From NCBI GenBank assembly GCA_013265495.1, contig MU061579.1, positions 2,477,319 through 2,541,318 on the forward strand: DNA of 64,000 nt, written 5' to 3'. Below, in pieces: positions 1-12,658 of the stretch. Both the position numbers and the translations under genes were made by a program. Position 1 is the stretch's first letter, and each line of letters begins with the position of its first letter. The stretch comes from Vicugna vicugna (taxonomy: Eukaryota). The notes below the pieces were generated by a model that had not been told where the DNA came from, did no database searches, and saw only the letters and a list, made by a program, of their open reading frames with translations.

Positions 1-1424
1 ATATCATTTATTTATTTCTCATTTTCTATAGAAGAGAGTTTCACAAAATCATCCTGGATGCTTGCCTCACATCTCACTCTTCCTCACAACAGAAGAATGA
101 ATTAATTTAAGGATGAAAAATAGACATTTGCTCATTTTCTTTCTTGAATCCACAAGAGTTTGCTTTTTTTTTTTAAATAAAAAAAATAAAACCCACAGAG
201 GTTATTTGACCACAGAGGATTATTTTTTTCTTTTACTTCTTTGCTTCTTGTATTTATTTACATCCCCATCCTATTGGTCTTGTTATAAAGATACAGATAG
301 AGATAAAAATAGAGATGGAATTGGAGATAGAGATAAAGAATCTGCAGTTTCTTCAGCACCTTTCCCAGATTGCTTGTTACAGGAATGCTAGGGAGAGAAC
401 AGTGCCTCCCAAGACTCCCAAGATTGATAAAAATCTCAAGACTCCTAAGATAAGTATAACACTTACCATGATATCTTAGTTTTGCTATTGAGATCTCTGT
501 TTAATAAGGAAAGTTATGTCTTGATACTGAAGGATTTCAAGAGTGACATTACATGTAGTTATGGAACAATATTCTTGAAAGTAATTGAGCACATTTTCTG
601 CTAAATCATTCAGCATGTTTCAGCAGACTCAACATTCACTAATGCACTAATTCTGAGTGGCAGATTGCTGATTAATAGGCATCTTTATTTATTGTTCATG
701 AAAAGGTACTATGATTTATAATAAAGCCAAGAGCCAAAAAAGTGGGTCATATCCCCTTCTTTGAAGATTAGCGTCACTATTTATGACACATTTTGGCATA
801 ACTTTGAGTATGTGTTTTGAAATCTGTAATATACAAGAAACAATACTCACCCCCCTACTGCTGCTTTGAGAATAATGTACATTAATATACACCAAAATGT
901 TCTTTGCTTTAAACTTCCTTAGACCCATTACTGATTACTATGTTCTGAGTTTTATATGTAATGATCAATTAATACAAAACAAACACACACGTACATCCTC
1001 TGCCTGCCCTTTTTACTGTTTTTATGCAGCATCTCAATTTCTACATATGTAAGGTGACATTAATATTGTTAACTTTTCAGCTGAAAACAAATAGCCCCCT
1101 GCATACTTAGCTGTAGTATACATTTTAAAACCTAGGCAATTACTAAGAAGTTTCAAAGAAAGAGCATGTCTTGGTGAAATAGAATAAAAGTCTATAGATA
1201 TGTAAAGAATTAGAAAGGAGTGAGATGATGGCAGATCCTGTGCTTATGATGAAAAATCAATTTACTTCGATTTCCTTTTCATTGGCTGTAATGTAAGTGA
1301 TGTTAATTCTAGTTAACTTGTGAGTTTAGGAGGAAACTGGTAGAAAGCCTAGAAATGTCTTAATATTAGTTTCAATTGATGCTTTCAGAATGATAACAAT
1401 AAAAATAATAATAACAAAAGCCAC

Positions 1425-1650
1425 GATTATTTGTCAACTACCCCTGTTCCAGACTCTGAGTTTAATATCCTCCCATCATGGTGTCTAAATAAATGAATGA
1501 ATTGGTTTATGTTATCTCCATTTTCAGTTGGGAAAACTGAGTCTCAATCAAGTAAAATACAAATGTTTGACTATTAACTGAAAGATTTGGGAGTCCCAAA
1601 GCCTACCAGAATGACTTCAAGGTCTGTACTTCCACGCGCTTAATGACCAT
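1425..1650 (-). mobile_element. MIR SINE fragment
   Basis: gttatctccattttcagttgggaaaactgagtctca resembles the reverse-strand MIR core (attttacagatgaggaaactgaggc); ends approximate. Confidence 0.65.
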
Positions 1651-1749
1651 CCCACATAATCTTCCAAAGTAGACTTTTCAATCTGCTCCAATAATTGTGC
1701 CTTGTGGAGAGAATTTTCCTAATTAACTTAGCACACGGTGAGGATCAGA

Positions 1750-2584
1750 CAAGAATTTCTTTCTAGTGACACTGTAAGGCAGTTAGAAATGAGTACCGGG
1801 AAAGGGGAGAGGAAGGGGGAGGGAGCAACCCAGAAAATAACAGTACGCTTGCATTCAGGATAAGCGGCTCCAAAAACTTTTGCTTTCTCTAAATGAAAGC
1901 TAGCAAAGAAGCTGGCTAGAACTGAATGCTGTGGCTGCACAGTAGAGAGAAAGACCCGGCTTAACTTGACCTAGTGTTGATTATAATGTAACTAACATTA
2001 CAATTTGAGCCCCAGCCAGTAGGTTTCTCTGTGTGCATCATGGGTAAAAATTTGCATAAGAGAGATGGGCATGCCTGAGCACAAGGAACGTGAGCTGTCA
2101 GCCTGAGCTCGCAAAGCACAGAAGCTGTCAATCAATCAGTCAATCACAAACGCGCCCCCTAAGCCAGGACATAAAGACAGGGAACACAAAGGAGCAGCGC
2201 CATTTTTCCCTTCCTGGACTGGTCTGCCCCAGTTCTCAGGGGTGTACTGTTTTACTACCTTTTTACTTCACTAATAAAATCTTCTTTTTATATCATGCTC
2301 TCTGTCTCCCATTAGAAATCCCTTTTTTTACCAGGTGACTAAGAACTGAGGTAAATTTTATTCCTCTCCCCCCGTGACAACACTATTAACTTTGTAGCCC
2401 AGATAAATCGCACTGCAGGGTGCTAGGAACATGCCTGGCTTCTACTCACTCGATGCCAGTAGGAACTCCTCCTCAGTCGTTACAATTAAAAATGTCTCCA
2501 GCATTGCCAAAAGTGCCTTCCTGCCAGAGATGGGGTGGGGTGGGCTGGGGTGGGGAGAAAACGGGCCCTGATTGAAAACCACTA
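1750..2584 (-). mobile_element. MER20 hAT DNA transposon, split by the LTR at 1773-2379
   Basis: Removing the LTR rejoins ...gtgacac|tattaactttgtagcccagataa...cctggcttctactcactcgatgccagtag...aaaaatgtctccagcattgccaaa...gattgaaaaccacta, matching the recalled MER20 consensus in reverse. Confidence 0.8.
1773..2379 (+). mobile_element. ERV1-class solo LTR (607 bp)
   Basis: TG...CA termini; perfect 4-bp TSD acac (1769-1772, 2380-2383); TATA-like cataaaga near 2170; AATAAA at 2273-2278. Confidence 0.88.
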
Positions 2585-2810
2585 TTCTAGAGGTCTTTTA
2601 CTCTTTAATCTGGCCAAATTCCAAGCCAGAGTGTTGAGTTTGGAGAAATATGTGTTTTGTGGTTTCTTACATGGTACACATTAATGTAGAACTTTTGTGT
2701 GTAAACATAAAGACATTTTCCCCCTAATCCAGTATGCCACTGAAGAACAAAAAGAATACATGTGATGAACCAGAATCAATTTTATATACATACATTAAAG
2801 AAATTGTTAG

Positions 2811-3316
2811 TGTTGGCTGAAATAAAATCACACAATGTGAGAATTGTGAGTTCAGTTTTATTTGGGGCAAAATGAGGACTGCAGCCCAGGAGACAGCGTC
2901 TCAGATAGCTCTGAGGAACTGCTCCAGAGAGGTGGGGGGAGGCCAGTAATACATATGGTTTTAATGAAGGGGGGCACGTGCAGTCAGGCACACATCTAGG
3001 CAGAGGCTCGCTGCTAGTCACGGGGAGCTGATGTCAACGTTAATGATTTTAGTGCTTTTCTAGATATGAGGAGATGCAAGAATATGGGCTCATAAAGTCT
3101 TCTCCTGAAAATATCTATCTGAAGCCTTCTTCTGCCAGTTTTTCCCCGAGCACAGAGTGCCTCGTTCCTGGTCTCTGCCCTGAAATCCTTTCAGGGTATG
3201 TTGGAGGTCAGCGACTGTAGCAACTTGTGATTTAATCCAAGCAGAGTTAGATGGCAAGTACCAATGTGATCCAATCCTTGTGGAGGCAGATGGCAAGTGC
3301 CAATTTTTAGTTAGCA
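2811..3316 (-). mobile_element. ERV1-class solo LTR (506 bp)
   Basis: TG...CA termini; 4-bp TSD ttag (2807-2810, 3317-3320); AATAAA on the minus strand near 2857-2862; internal repeat agatggcaagt(a/g)ccaat. Confidence 0.88.
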
Positions 3317-3328
3317 TTAGAAAGGAAA

Positions 3329-3535
3329 TTCTCTCTCTCCCTCTCTCTCTGTGTTTCTTTCTGGATATCTCCCCACTCACTTGAGCCTCTATATCATTTC
3401 TTCCCCCCCCTTTTTTCTTACCTCTTTCACTCCATCCCCCGTCTCTCCCATCCTTCCATCTTCTCTCACTTTGTCCCTCCTTCCTTCCCCTTCCTTCTAT
3501 TTATTCCTTTTTTCCCCTTCCTTTCTCCTTTCCTT
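3329..3535. repeat. CT-rich low-complexity polypyrimidine tract
   Basis: About 200 bp of mostly C and T on the plus strand. Confidence 0.85.
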
Positions 3536-5501
3536 ACTGGGACAATTTAAAAAGAATCACTTTTCAGTGGTATGCTTTTAGTTTGGTCTTAAATGTTCTA
3601 GTCGCTTTAGTAATTGAGAAAATGCTAAATATTTGAGAGATTGTGAATTTGCATGAAAATTTAGACTCCAGAATGACTCACTGCATTTTCTACAAATAGT
3701 TTACAAAAAGGCTTTTATTTTAACAGGAAATTACATACTGCCATTGAAATTAAAATAAATCAGTTGCTACAAATGATGCTTGAATTAAAACATCTATCTG
3801 GACTGGTCTTAATTCTGTGTAGATAACATTTTCCTGACATTTTTACTTTTTTCCACCACGATAAAATACAATAGAGAGTGCTAAGTCCAGCAATTTAAAC
3901 AGCACTTATTAAACACAATAAGCCAAGGATACTCAGAGCCATTTGCTACCTGTTTAAAAGACATTTTCTTCTTTTTGCACCCAACTCCTTGGAGTGAATG
4001 GAAGCTCCAGATAGTTATAATGAGAGGAAATGGTCCTCTCTTTTACATTTGCTGTCTTTTCTTATTTGATGAAGACACTAAGAGTTTTTAAGTGAAAACA
4101 ATCCATACGCAGTAAATAGAAGTAAATCCAAGGCAGCAGCCGACACTATTTAGGCAAGAGACATGAGATTTAAAGTCAGAAGAACAATTTGTTCACTTTG
4201 AATTATCTTAGCTGCTTACCTATTGTATTATTTAAAGACGATATAGCTGTGACTACCTAATGAAATCCATAAATAGATTCTAGGAAACCATGCTATTCCT
4301 TGAAAATGATTTGAAATCTCAGCAAGTTATTGAGGGGGAAAAAAAAACCCACATTGTTTACAGACACATAAAAAGACCACAGAGCTCTTTATTGTTTTCA
4401 AATTTGCTCTTCTCTTACATCTTTAGTGAATGGAGGTTTAGAGGTAATGTCACTCACACCTCTGAGCTGGGGTAGAGAGAGAGATGGCTCCTTCTCCGCG
4501 AAAATGACCAGTGAGTTCCTCCTTGAAATGTTGTGTGAGTTCTGCCTGACTGCTTCTGTGTCATAGGACTAGTCAGGGGGAATGTTGCAGGGGAAAGATT
4601 TTCCCTACCTGGAGCTAATAGAAAGAATAATGCCTCTGATCTGCATTTGGGGAAAAAACAGAAGCAATCATCACCGTCAGGATGTTTCTTCAGGGAGAGA
4701 TGCATGGTGACCCTGTCTCTTAAGGTTAGTACAATAATCTGGAAAGGATTCTCATATTGTTTTTCTTGATGTTTCCATTTATTCCAGAGTATATCTGTCT
4801 GTAATGAAAGAAAGGTGAGGGTTGGACATGTGATTATTGCTGGATCTCTTTGCTCAAGTCAATGACAGCTCATTTTAAAATTGTCATAAAGTACTCTAGT
4901 GTATACAGACACACACACACATATATACATGACTTACTGTGTATCTGGTACTATTCCAAGAGCTTTACCAATATTTACTTATTTAACCTTCTAAGCAACC
5001 TTACGAGAAAATCAATTATCATTATCTCACTTTTCAGGTGAGGAATCTGAGACACAAAGTTTCAACAAGTTGACCAAGGTCACCTTGGGTAATTGGTGAA
5101 TTACCACTTCAAATCCAGGCCATTGAAAGAGCAGAAAACTAACAAAATGGCTTCCGTGATGCTAGAGCTTTTACTGATACATTTTGACTTACATTTTTTG
5201 CAACTTGTTTTTCTCTTTTCTCTGACAAACTCCCATCTCTGCTTCACTTGCTCAGTTGCTTTTGTGCTAAACAGTCCCCAAACTTTCCATTACACCCTTC
5301 ATTCCCTACACTCTTTTTCCTCAGAATAGCTTATCCTTTAACCCAGAAGCTGTACTCCAGGTCATGGGCTGATTGCCTCAGAAGAATGAACAGACCCTCT
5401 GGAGTTTCTCCATGAAGCCAGGGGGGTTCATCAAGATTAAGAAGAATACAGCACCCTGGAAAATGCCCTGATTGTTGTCACCTTTCTGTTCCATCCAGTT
5501 T

Positions 5502-5613
5502 TTCTGTGAGCATGGTTTTTGGCCTATATAAGATTAGTGAATTTCTGTGAATTATAACTTCTGTGTATGCCTGCTTATAATTGATTGAGCTTAAACTTCA
5601 AAAGTGAGATTAA
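5502..5613 (+). repeat. Dispersed direct repeat, copy 1 (copy 2 at 6232-6343)
   Basis: Ungapped 112-bp match at an offset of 730 bp; 13 mismatches by hand count. Confidence 0.95.
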
Positions 5614-5762
5614 AACCTCATGACACCAACCCCAAGAAGGATTGGCAGTCTCCAACCTGCTATGACTCCCCTTTGTCTGGCAAAGCAATAAACCTCCTCT
5701 TTTCTAATTCTCCCAAAACTCTGCCTCCAAGGTTCAGTTCAGCTATGAGGATACAGTGGTCA

Positions 5763-5879
5763 TTTTTTTTAAAGGGAGGGAAATTCAGTCTATTTATTTT
5801 TAGAGATGATATTGGGGATTGAACCCAGGACCCTGTGCATGCTAAGCATGTGCTCTACCACTTGAGCTACACCCTCCCC
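5763..5879 (-). mobile_element. tRNA-derived SINE, camelid Vic-1-like
   Basis: Reverse strand reads ggggagggtgtagctcaagtggtagagcacatgcttagcatgcacagggtcctgggttcaatcccc (A and B boxes), then an A-rich tail. Confidence 0.9.
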
Positions 5880-6231
5880 ACCCAGAGGCTGGGCGGGGAT
5901 AATACCATTGGCCTCTCGCGTCTGTACCCTTCACCACTATGCCCTACCACCTCACTGACAAGTGCAGTCACATTTACTCCAGCCCTATAGACACAGAAGA
6001 GTTGATTATTTGTACACACCTGTCAGCAGCCAGAGAGACGTCCTCTTGCTCTGGATGAATATCTCTTTCAAAAAATATTTCCTATAAATCAGAGGCATCT
6101 CACTATCTTGAAAAATCTAGTGGTACTTCAGAGGCTAGGGAGAAGCTGACTTCAGAGTTTGTCCCTGGTGGATAAAGTACATAGCTTTATGGAACTGCAT
6201 CTTTGCAAGGAGACTTAAATAATTCTGGGGA

Positions 6232-6343
6232 TTCTGTGAGCACAGGTTTTGGCCCACATAAGACTAGTGAATTTCTGTGATTTATAACTTCTGTGTATGC
6301 TTGTGTATAATTGATAGAGCTCAGACTTCAAAAGTGAGATTAA
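6232..6343 (+). repeat. Dispersed direct repeat, copy 2 (copy 1 at 5502-5613)
   Basis: ttctgtgagcacaggttttggcccacataagactagtga...aaagtgagattaa. Confidence 0.95.
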
Positions 6344-6506
6344 TAAAAATTCAAGCCATAAGGTTTGCAAAAAATAAACCCAAGTTAATCAATATGAGTA
6401 TTCAAATCTTAGAAATACATGTCAGATGGTCAACTTTGGAATTACAAGGACTTCACTTAAACATAAGCGAATATGAAGCAAATTTAAGCTAATGAAAAAG
6501 GTTGTT

Positions 6507-6785
6507 ATGAACTTACGGTTACTGGGGGTAAAGGGTGTGAAAAGGGATAAACTGGGAGTTGGAGATTTGCAGATACTAACTACTATATATAAAATAGATA
6601 AACAACAAGTTTCTTCTGTACAGCACAGGGAACTATACTCAGTATTTTGTAGTAACCTATATTGAAAAAGAATATGAAAACAAATACATGTATGTCTCTG
6701 TATGACTGAAACATTATGGTGTATACCAGAATTTGACACAGCATTGTAAACTGACTACACTTCAATAAAAAGGAATATAAAAAAT
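6507..6785 (+). mobile_element. 5'-truncated L1, 3' UTR only
   Basis: L1 3' UTR motifs (ctgtacagcacagggaactata; tgtaaactgactacacttcaataaaaa); A tail; near-TSD aaaaaggttgtt / aaaaaagttgtt. Confidence 0.9.
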
Positions 6786-7084
6786 AAAAAAGTTGTTTTG
6801 ATCTTTCAGAGGTTGTTGTACTTTTGTCTTGTTTTATTTTTTTCTGAATTCTAAAGAAAACCTGGAGGGAAACCAGGGATTGAAAGATTGCTGGATAGCC
6901 AATCTTTGAGGTGAAGTAGAACCTCAAATTCAAGATTTCAAGATTTATAAATGGAGTTGAAGTTGATCATAGATGATAGTAATTTACTAGCTGAAATGCA
7001 AGCTAACATGAAGAGGGAAGGTTTGATTTTTATTTCTGTTGTCTCCAAGCCAGACTCACTTGCCCGTTGAGAGCATGACTACTC

Positions 7085-7190
7085 AACTAGATTCTAGGTT
7101 CCCAGGGGCCAGACTGCATGTCTACATTATTCAGTATTTAATTAACCCAGTTCCTGGCACGTAGCTGATGCCCAACAACATGTGACAAAG
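7085..7190 (+). mobile_element. L2 3' end fragment
   Basis: ctagattctaggttcccaggggccagac...cagttcctggcacgtagctgatgcccaaca. Confidence 0.55.
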
Positions 7191-8632
7191 GAAGGAAGGA
7201 CAGAGGTCGAGAAGTAAGGAGGAAGCAGAGAGGGAGGAAAGTAGGGGAGGTGGGAGGAAGGAAGACAGCCTTTTAACCAATTTACAGAAAGCCTTATTGG
7301 AGAGGTTCTTAACTCTGTTCTGTAATGTAATTCTCCTTAAATGAATGGTCTTCTAATTTTCACTGTGAACAAGTTTAGATGTTTTAGACTGCTTTAGAAG
7401 GAATGAGTTCACACAATTGCCTCTCCATCCTAAACTTTTTCCTATTATCTTGTAGAAAAAGCACTTCTCTCACAAATGTCTATAGGCATCTATAATTTCC
7501 ATGTGGGGCAAGCAAAATCATTGCAATTAAACGCAGCACTTCTCTTTCTGGACTGGCTCTGAAACTGGCTTCTAATATTCAAAACATGAAACCTACATGA
7601 GAGTTTGTAAAGACAATGAAGACAGCAGGTGGCAATTTAATGGCTTTTGATCTAGGTTCTAGGAATGTTCTCGTTAAGAGTCGTAAAACCAAGTTTGAGT
7701 TCTTCTCTGTTCCAGGCAAAATTCCATCATCCCATTTTACTCCTTCAAATATTAAGGAGCATTACAGCCTGCCCCAGATCCTCAGCCAGGATTTGTCTAG
7801 GATATTTATAAATTGTTTCTGTCTTCTCAGATAGAAGTTCCTTCTATGATTAAAGACATTTAAGCAAATAGAGAACAGGCAGGCTCTTTGGGCTCATTTT
7901 GCATTCATGAGATCCTTCAAGTCCTTAAAACAAACAAAGTCATCTTCTAATCCCAGCATGACTAATGCATTTCCGGGTTGTGGCCACCAAACTTGAGGCT
8001 GGAAAAAAAAAAAATCAAACTCTTAGCTTTAGATGTTTTGCCTTTATGCCGTGCCACCATGGGAGAATTTTTAAAAAGACAGGGCTTGTTTTACACAAGG
8101 TTTCCTGTGAAAAGGCAGTGGGTGGAGAGAAACGAAGGTTAATGCATGAACAGAGTTCAGTTACTCTGCTTCTCTTGGCTTCCAGGCATTTCTTCTGAGT
8201 TATTTATAAATAGATGCACTGGATGCCCTGTTATTTTGCATAAGTGTCTAGTTTTAGTTAGGCAAGGTACACAAGTATTTTAATTAGATATCCAAATACA
8301 TCATCTGAGATTTTTTTTCCCTCTGAAAATAAAAGTAATTTGATTTCTTCTTCATTAAACATAAGGGCAGTAAAATCTTATGAATAGATTTTCAGCTCAA
8401 GAGATTGAGATCTTTTCTATAGGAATGTAGTATATGCACAGATTATTTCCTCTTAAATTTCTCTAAGCTAATGAAGTGTATGAAAGTAATGAAGTTAAAC
8501 CACAACTTGTTAAGAGTGGTGCAGTTTTCCAATGTGACAAAGGAAAAGAGTTTCTAGATTAATGCCACTGCCCTGAATTAGAGTCTGCTTTGTTCTGCTG
8601 CTTTTTAAATTCCCAGTATGAAAAATTGTAAG

Positions 8633-8655
8633 TGTGTGTGTGTGTGTGTGTGTGT
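8633..8655. repeat. (TG)n microsatellite
   Basis: Perfect TG run. Confidence 0.95.
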
Positions 8656-9009
8656 TTTCAATGAGATGAAATGAGAAACAGCATCGTTTCAGACCACTGC
8701 AATAAAACTGTCACTCTCTTTTTTGTCACTATGTATTATTTAACTATAAAATTAGGGCAAGAAGGTAGGAGAAAAGATCTTTAACCATAAAAGTCGGACA
8801 CTGTAGACCCTGCATTTTTCAGAATGTCTTTAACATATCCAAATCACAGGGTTTTCCAGGTGGTTTTCACTGCAATCATCAACCAACTAAAGTTTGCTAT
8901 GATACTGCTCCTAATTCTCAGTTTTCTTGCATGGAAGTTAAAGCCTGGACGATACCACAGCTGCAACAGACACTGGCTTCTGAGTGGGGAGGCGATGCGT
9001 GGTGAGTAA

Positions 9010-9170
9010 CGTGGCTGTGAAGCCCAGCCCTCGCCCTCACTGGTGGGGCCCAGAGACCAGTTATTTAACTTACTGGAAACTCACTTTTCTCATCCACAAG
9101 ATGGAGACTGTCTTACGGTCGTTGGAAGAGCTGCAAAGAATATGAAGAGACATCTGCGTACTCATTAATG
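9010..9170 (+). mobile_element. MIR SINE fragment
   Basis: cagttatttaacttactggaaactcacttttctcatccacaagatggaga resembles the MIR core. Confidence 0.55.
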
Positions 9171-9860
9171 GAGTCATTCTGATTTTATCATCTTTGCTCC
9201 ACAAATACTTCTTTCTCTTTGACATCTTTCTGTTTTCTTTTATTTCTATTGGCTGAGGCTAGACTGTCTCTACTGAATATTGCTCACACTTAATGTGTAA
9301 AAGCGTGTTTTTACTCTTTTCATCAGTAGTCAGTAAGAATCCTTTTGTCATTGGAGATTGTCTGCTTCTTTATAATGTGGCTAACTTTTAATAACTCTTA
9401 CCATGAATTTTAAAACATGTTTAAACTCCAGATTTATTTACGTGTTTTGGAGGGACTCACTTAAATCATCTGCATCTCAATCCATTCTTTCAAATATTTT
9501 ATTGAACAAATAGGAAATCAAGTGTTTATATGAGTGAGAGTATGTTTCATATTATCTTTGTATGACTGTGTATCTTTGGATAATTCTATTCTTGGGAAAA
9601 GTGTGTTTCTGAATAACTGTGTGCATTTAGATAAAAGTAAATGTGGCCACACAAGCCAAATGAAACCTAACTAAATTAGGATAGGTTTCAGATTCTTGAG
9701 GTATCACTCTTTGCAGCATGGCTAAAGTTCCCTTCTATGGTGGTTGTCATACTGCAATACAGAAATGTGTCACATCAACATATTGCACACATAAACTTAC
9801 ACAATATTATATGTCAATTACATTGCAATTAAAAAAATATATTTTAAAAAAGTTTCCCTG

Positions 9861-9965
9861 AACTCTAATTTGAAGATACACGCACCCCAATGTTCATAGT
9901 AGCACTGTTTACAATAGCCCAGATATGGAAACAACCTAAATGTCCATCCACATATAACTGAATAA

Positions 9966-10017
<52 letters not shown>

Positions 10018-10468
10018 CTACTCAGCCATAAAAAAGAATACAATAATGCCATTTGCAACAACTCGGATGGACCTGGAGACTGTCATTCTAACTGAAGTAA
10101 GCAACAAGAGAAAGAGAAATATCATATAATATCATTTACATGTGGAATCTAAAAATAAGATACAAATGAACTTACGCACAAAACAGAAACAGACTCAGAG
10201 ACATAGAAAACAAACTTATGGTTACCTGGGGGGAAAGGGAGTGGGAAGGGATAAAATGGGAGTTTCAGATTTGCAGATACTAACTACTGCATATAAAATA
10301 AGTAAACAACAAGTTTCTACTGTATAGCATTGGGAACTATATTCAATATCCTATAGTAGCTTACAGTGGAAAAAATATGAAAATGAATATATGTATGTTC
10401 AAGTATGACTGAAACATTATGCTATACACCAGAAATTGACACATTAGAAACTGACTATACTTCCATTA
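9861..10468 (+). mobile_element. 5'-truncated L1 (end of ORF2 plus 3' UTR) with internal (CA)n
   Basis: gcaccccaatgttcatagtagcactgtttacaatagcc; near-TSD aaaaaagtttccctg (9846-9860) / aaaaaagttttcttg (10469-10483). Confidence 0.92.
9972..10016. repeat. (CA)n microsatellite, about 22 units
   Basis: Perfect AC run inside the L1. Confidence 0.97.
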
Positions 10469-11358
10469 AAAAAAGTTTTCTTGTGTATCAGGAATGGAAA
10501 GGGATAGGATTTGAAGACGCCAAATGACCTTTAGACATCCTCTGTGAATAAACATGTATTTTACACTATTTTTAGAAGGCATCTTTCCTCTCCTCATGGC
10601 CCGGTTCAAAGAAGAGCTCTCTGAAACTACCCTTCATGGTGAAGAATTAATTGCTTTTTCATCCAAAATTTCTACAGTACATTCTACATGTTTTCGTTAA
10701 AATATGTATCACATTCCATTTTTTGGTGATTGCATGTAAGTATCTGCCTTACTAGAGTTAGTCTTCTACAGGAAATTGATTATGCTTTTCTTTTATTGTC
10801 CCAGGAGGGCACCCAAGCAGAATAAGTCCTCTGTGGATATTTATTTGATTTGCAGACATTTTAGAATTAGATGTTTTGTTACTCTTAAATGTCAACAAGC
10901 AACCTGTCCTCCCAAAGCAATTCTATACAAAAAAGTGGAAAATTTTGCAATGCAGTAAGAATCTATCCAGGATTTCACTGATTGGCATGAATTAGGAATT
11001 TAAGAATGATTTTACTAGGTTGAAGTTATAAATTCATTGTATTTACATATCTTCATGTTCCCTAATATTTTACCACCTTAAATAGTCCAATATATTATAC
11101 ATGCAAATAGAGGTATTTAGTTCAAATTCCTAAATGAAATATGTTGTTCTAATCTCCCTCCTAGTTGCAAAATGGGTATTTATGGATTAAAAAGGGGAAG
11201 AATTCCCTAGACATCCTCTGGTCACTTCCCTGAGCTCCTTGCCCAGGTAAAACCACAGGTTGCTGCATTTCCCTGCAGCCCCTTGAATTGTAAATGTATT
11301 AACTAAATGTATATGCTTTTATGGACTTTTAATGTTCTGAGGCATTGTTCTTAAGAGT

Positions 11359-12658
11359 GAACACTCCCTTACACCATACACAAAAATAAATTCAAAATGG
11401 ATCAAAAACTTAAACATAAGACAAGATACAATAAACCTCCTAGAAGAAAACATAGGCAAAACTTTATCTCACATACATCTCAAAAATGTTCTCCTAGGGA
11501 AGTCTACCCAAGCAATAGAAATAAAAGAAGGAATAAACAAATGGGACCTAATGAAACTTACAAGCTTCTGCATAGCAAAGGAAAACATAAGCAAAACAAA
11601 ATGACAACATATGGAATGGGAGAAAATTTTTGCAAAAGATGAAATGGACAAAAGCTTGATCTCCAGAATATAAAAGCAGCTCATACAACTTAGTAAGAAA
11701 AAAATAAACAACTTAATCCAAAATGGGCAGAAGATCTAAACAAGCAATGCTCCAAGGAGACATATAAATGATCAATAGGCACATGAAAGAAATGCTCAAT
11801 ATCATGAATTATCAGAGAAATACAAATCAAAATTATGATGAGGTATCACCTCACACCAGTCAGAATGGCCATCATTCAAATGTCCACAAATGACAAATGC
11901 TGGAGAGGCTGTGGAGAAAAGGGAACCCTCCTACACTGCTGGTGGGAATGCAGTTTGGTGCAGCCACTGTGGAAAACAGTATGGAGATTCCTCAAAAGAC
12001 TAGGAATAGACTTACCATATGACCCAGGAATCCTGCTCCTGGGCATATATCCAGAAGGAACCCTACTTCAGGATGACACCTGCACCCCAATGTTCATAGC
12101 AGCACTATTTACAATAGCCAAGACATGGAAACAGCCTAAATGTCCATCAACAGATGACTGGATAAAGAAGAGGTGGTATATTTATACAATGGAATACTAC
12201 TCAGCCATAAAAAACGACAATATAATGCCATTTGCAGCAATATGGATGCTCCTGGAAAATGTCATTCTAAGTGAAGTAAACCAGAAAGAGAAAGAAAAAT
12301 ACCATATGAGATTGCTCATATGTGGAATCTAAAAAAAAAAAAAAAAGAACATAAATACAAAACAGAAACAGACTCACAGACATAGAATACAGACTTGTGG
12401 TTGCCAGTGGGGAGAGGGGTGGGAAGGGACAGACTGGGAGTTTGAAATGTGTAGATACTGACAGGCACGTGTAGAATAGATAAACAAAATTATACTGTAC
12501 AACACAGGGAAATACATACAAGATCTGGTCGTAGCTCACAGTGAAAAAAATAACAGTGAATATATGTATGTTCATGTATAACTGAAAAATTGTGCTTTAC
12601 ACTGAAATTTGACACAACTTTGTAAACTGACTATAACTCAATAAAAAAAATTAAAAAA
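11359..12658 (+). mobile_element. Young 5'-truncated L1 (about 1.3 kb)
   Basis: ORF2 3' region, 3' UTR and poly(A); TSD aagagt (11353-11358, 12659-12664) at a TT|AAGA endonuclease site. Confidence 0.96.
11835..12332 (+). pseudogene. L1 ORF2p C-terminal fragment (cysteine-rich domain)
   Basis: [11 protein letters not shown]...[19 protein letters not shown] (CX3CX7HX4C)...[13 protein letters not shown]...[13 protein letters not shown]; upstream part of ORF2 is disrupted and truncated. Confidence 0.95.

Larger units (their letters stand above)
5124..5904 (+). mobile_element. ERV1-class solo LTR carrying a SINE and a duplicated local segment
   Basis: Starts tgaaagag and ends ggataata (decayed CA); 4-bp TSD ccat (5120-5123, 5905-5908); AATAAA near 5687. 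Confidence 0.8.
4931..5950 (-). mobile_element. MIR SINE, split by the LTR at 5124-5904
   Basis: cacttttcaggtgaggaatctgagacac...gaccaaggtcac...ttcaaatccaggccat resumes after the LTR as tggcctc...cccttcaccactatgc. Confidence 0.8.

Noticed and set aside
286..455. (AGAGAT)n decay and short ctcccaaga repeats
   Set aside because: Ordinary simple-repeat slippage; it explains the DRDKNRD run in the 113-391 ORF.
4454..4705. Minus-strand ORF with splice-like ends
   Set aside because: No recognisable peptide and no supported partner exons; it cannot be told apart from a pseudo-exon.
8684..8715. Tigger1-like 30-bp motif (cagaccactgcaataaa)
   Set aside because: Too short, with no flanking homology or terminal repeat.
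11835..12332. 165-aa ORF as a host gene
   Set aside because: It is the L1 ORF2 C-terminus within a truncated, TSD-flanked L1.
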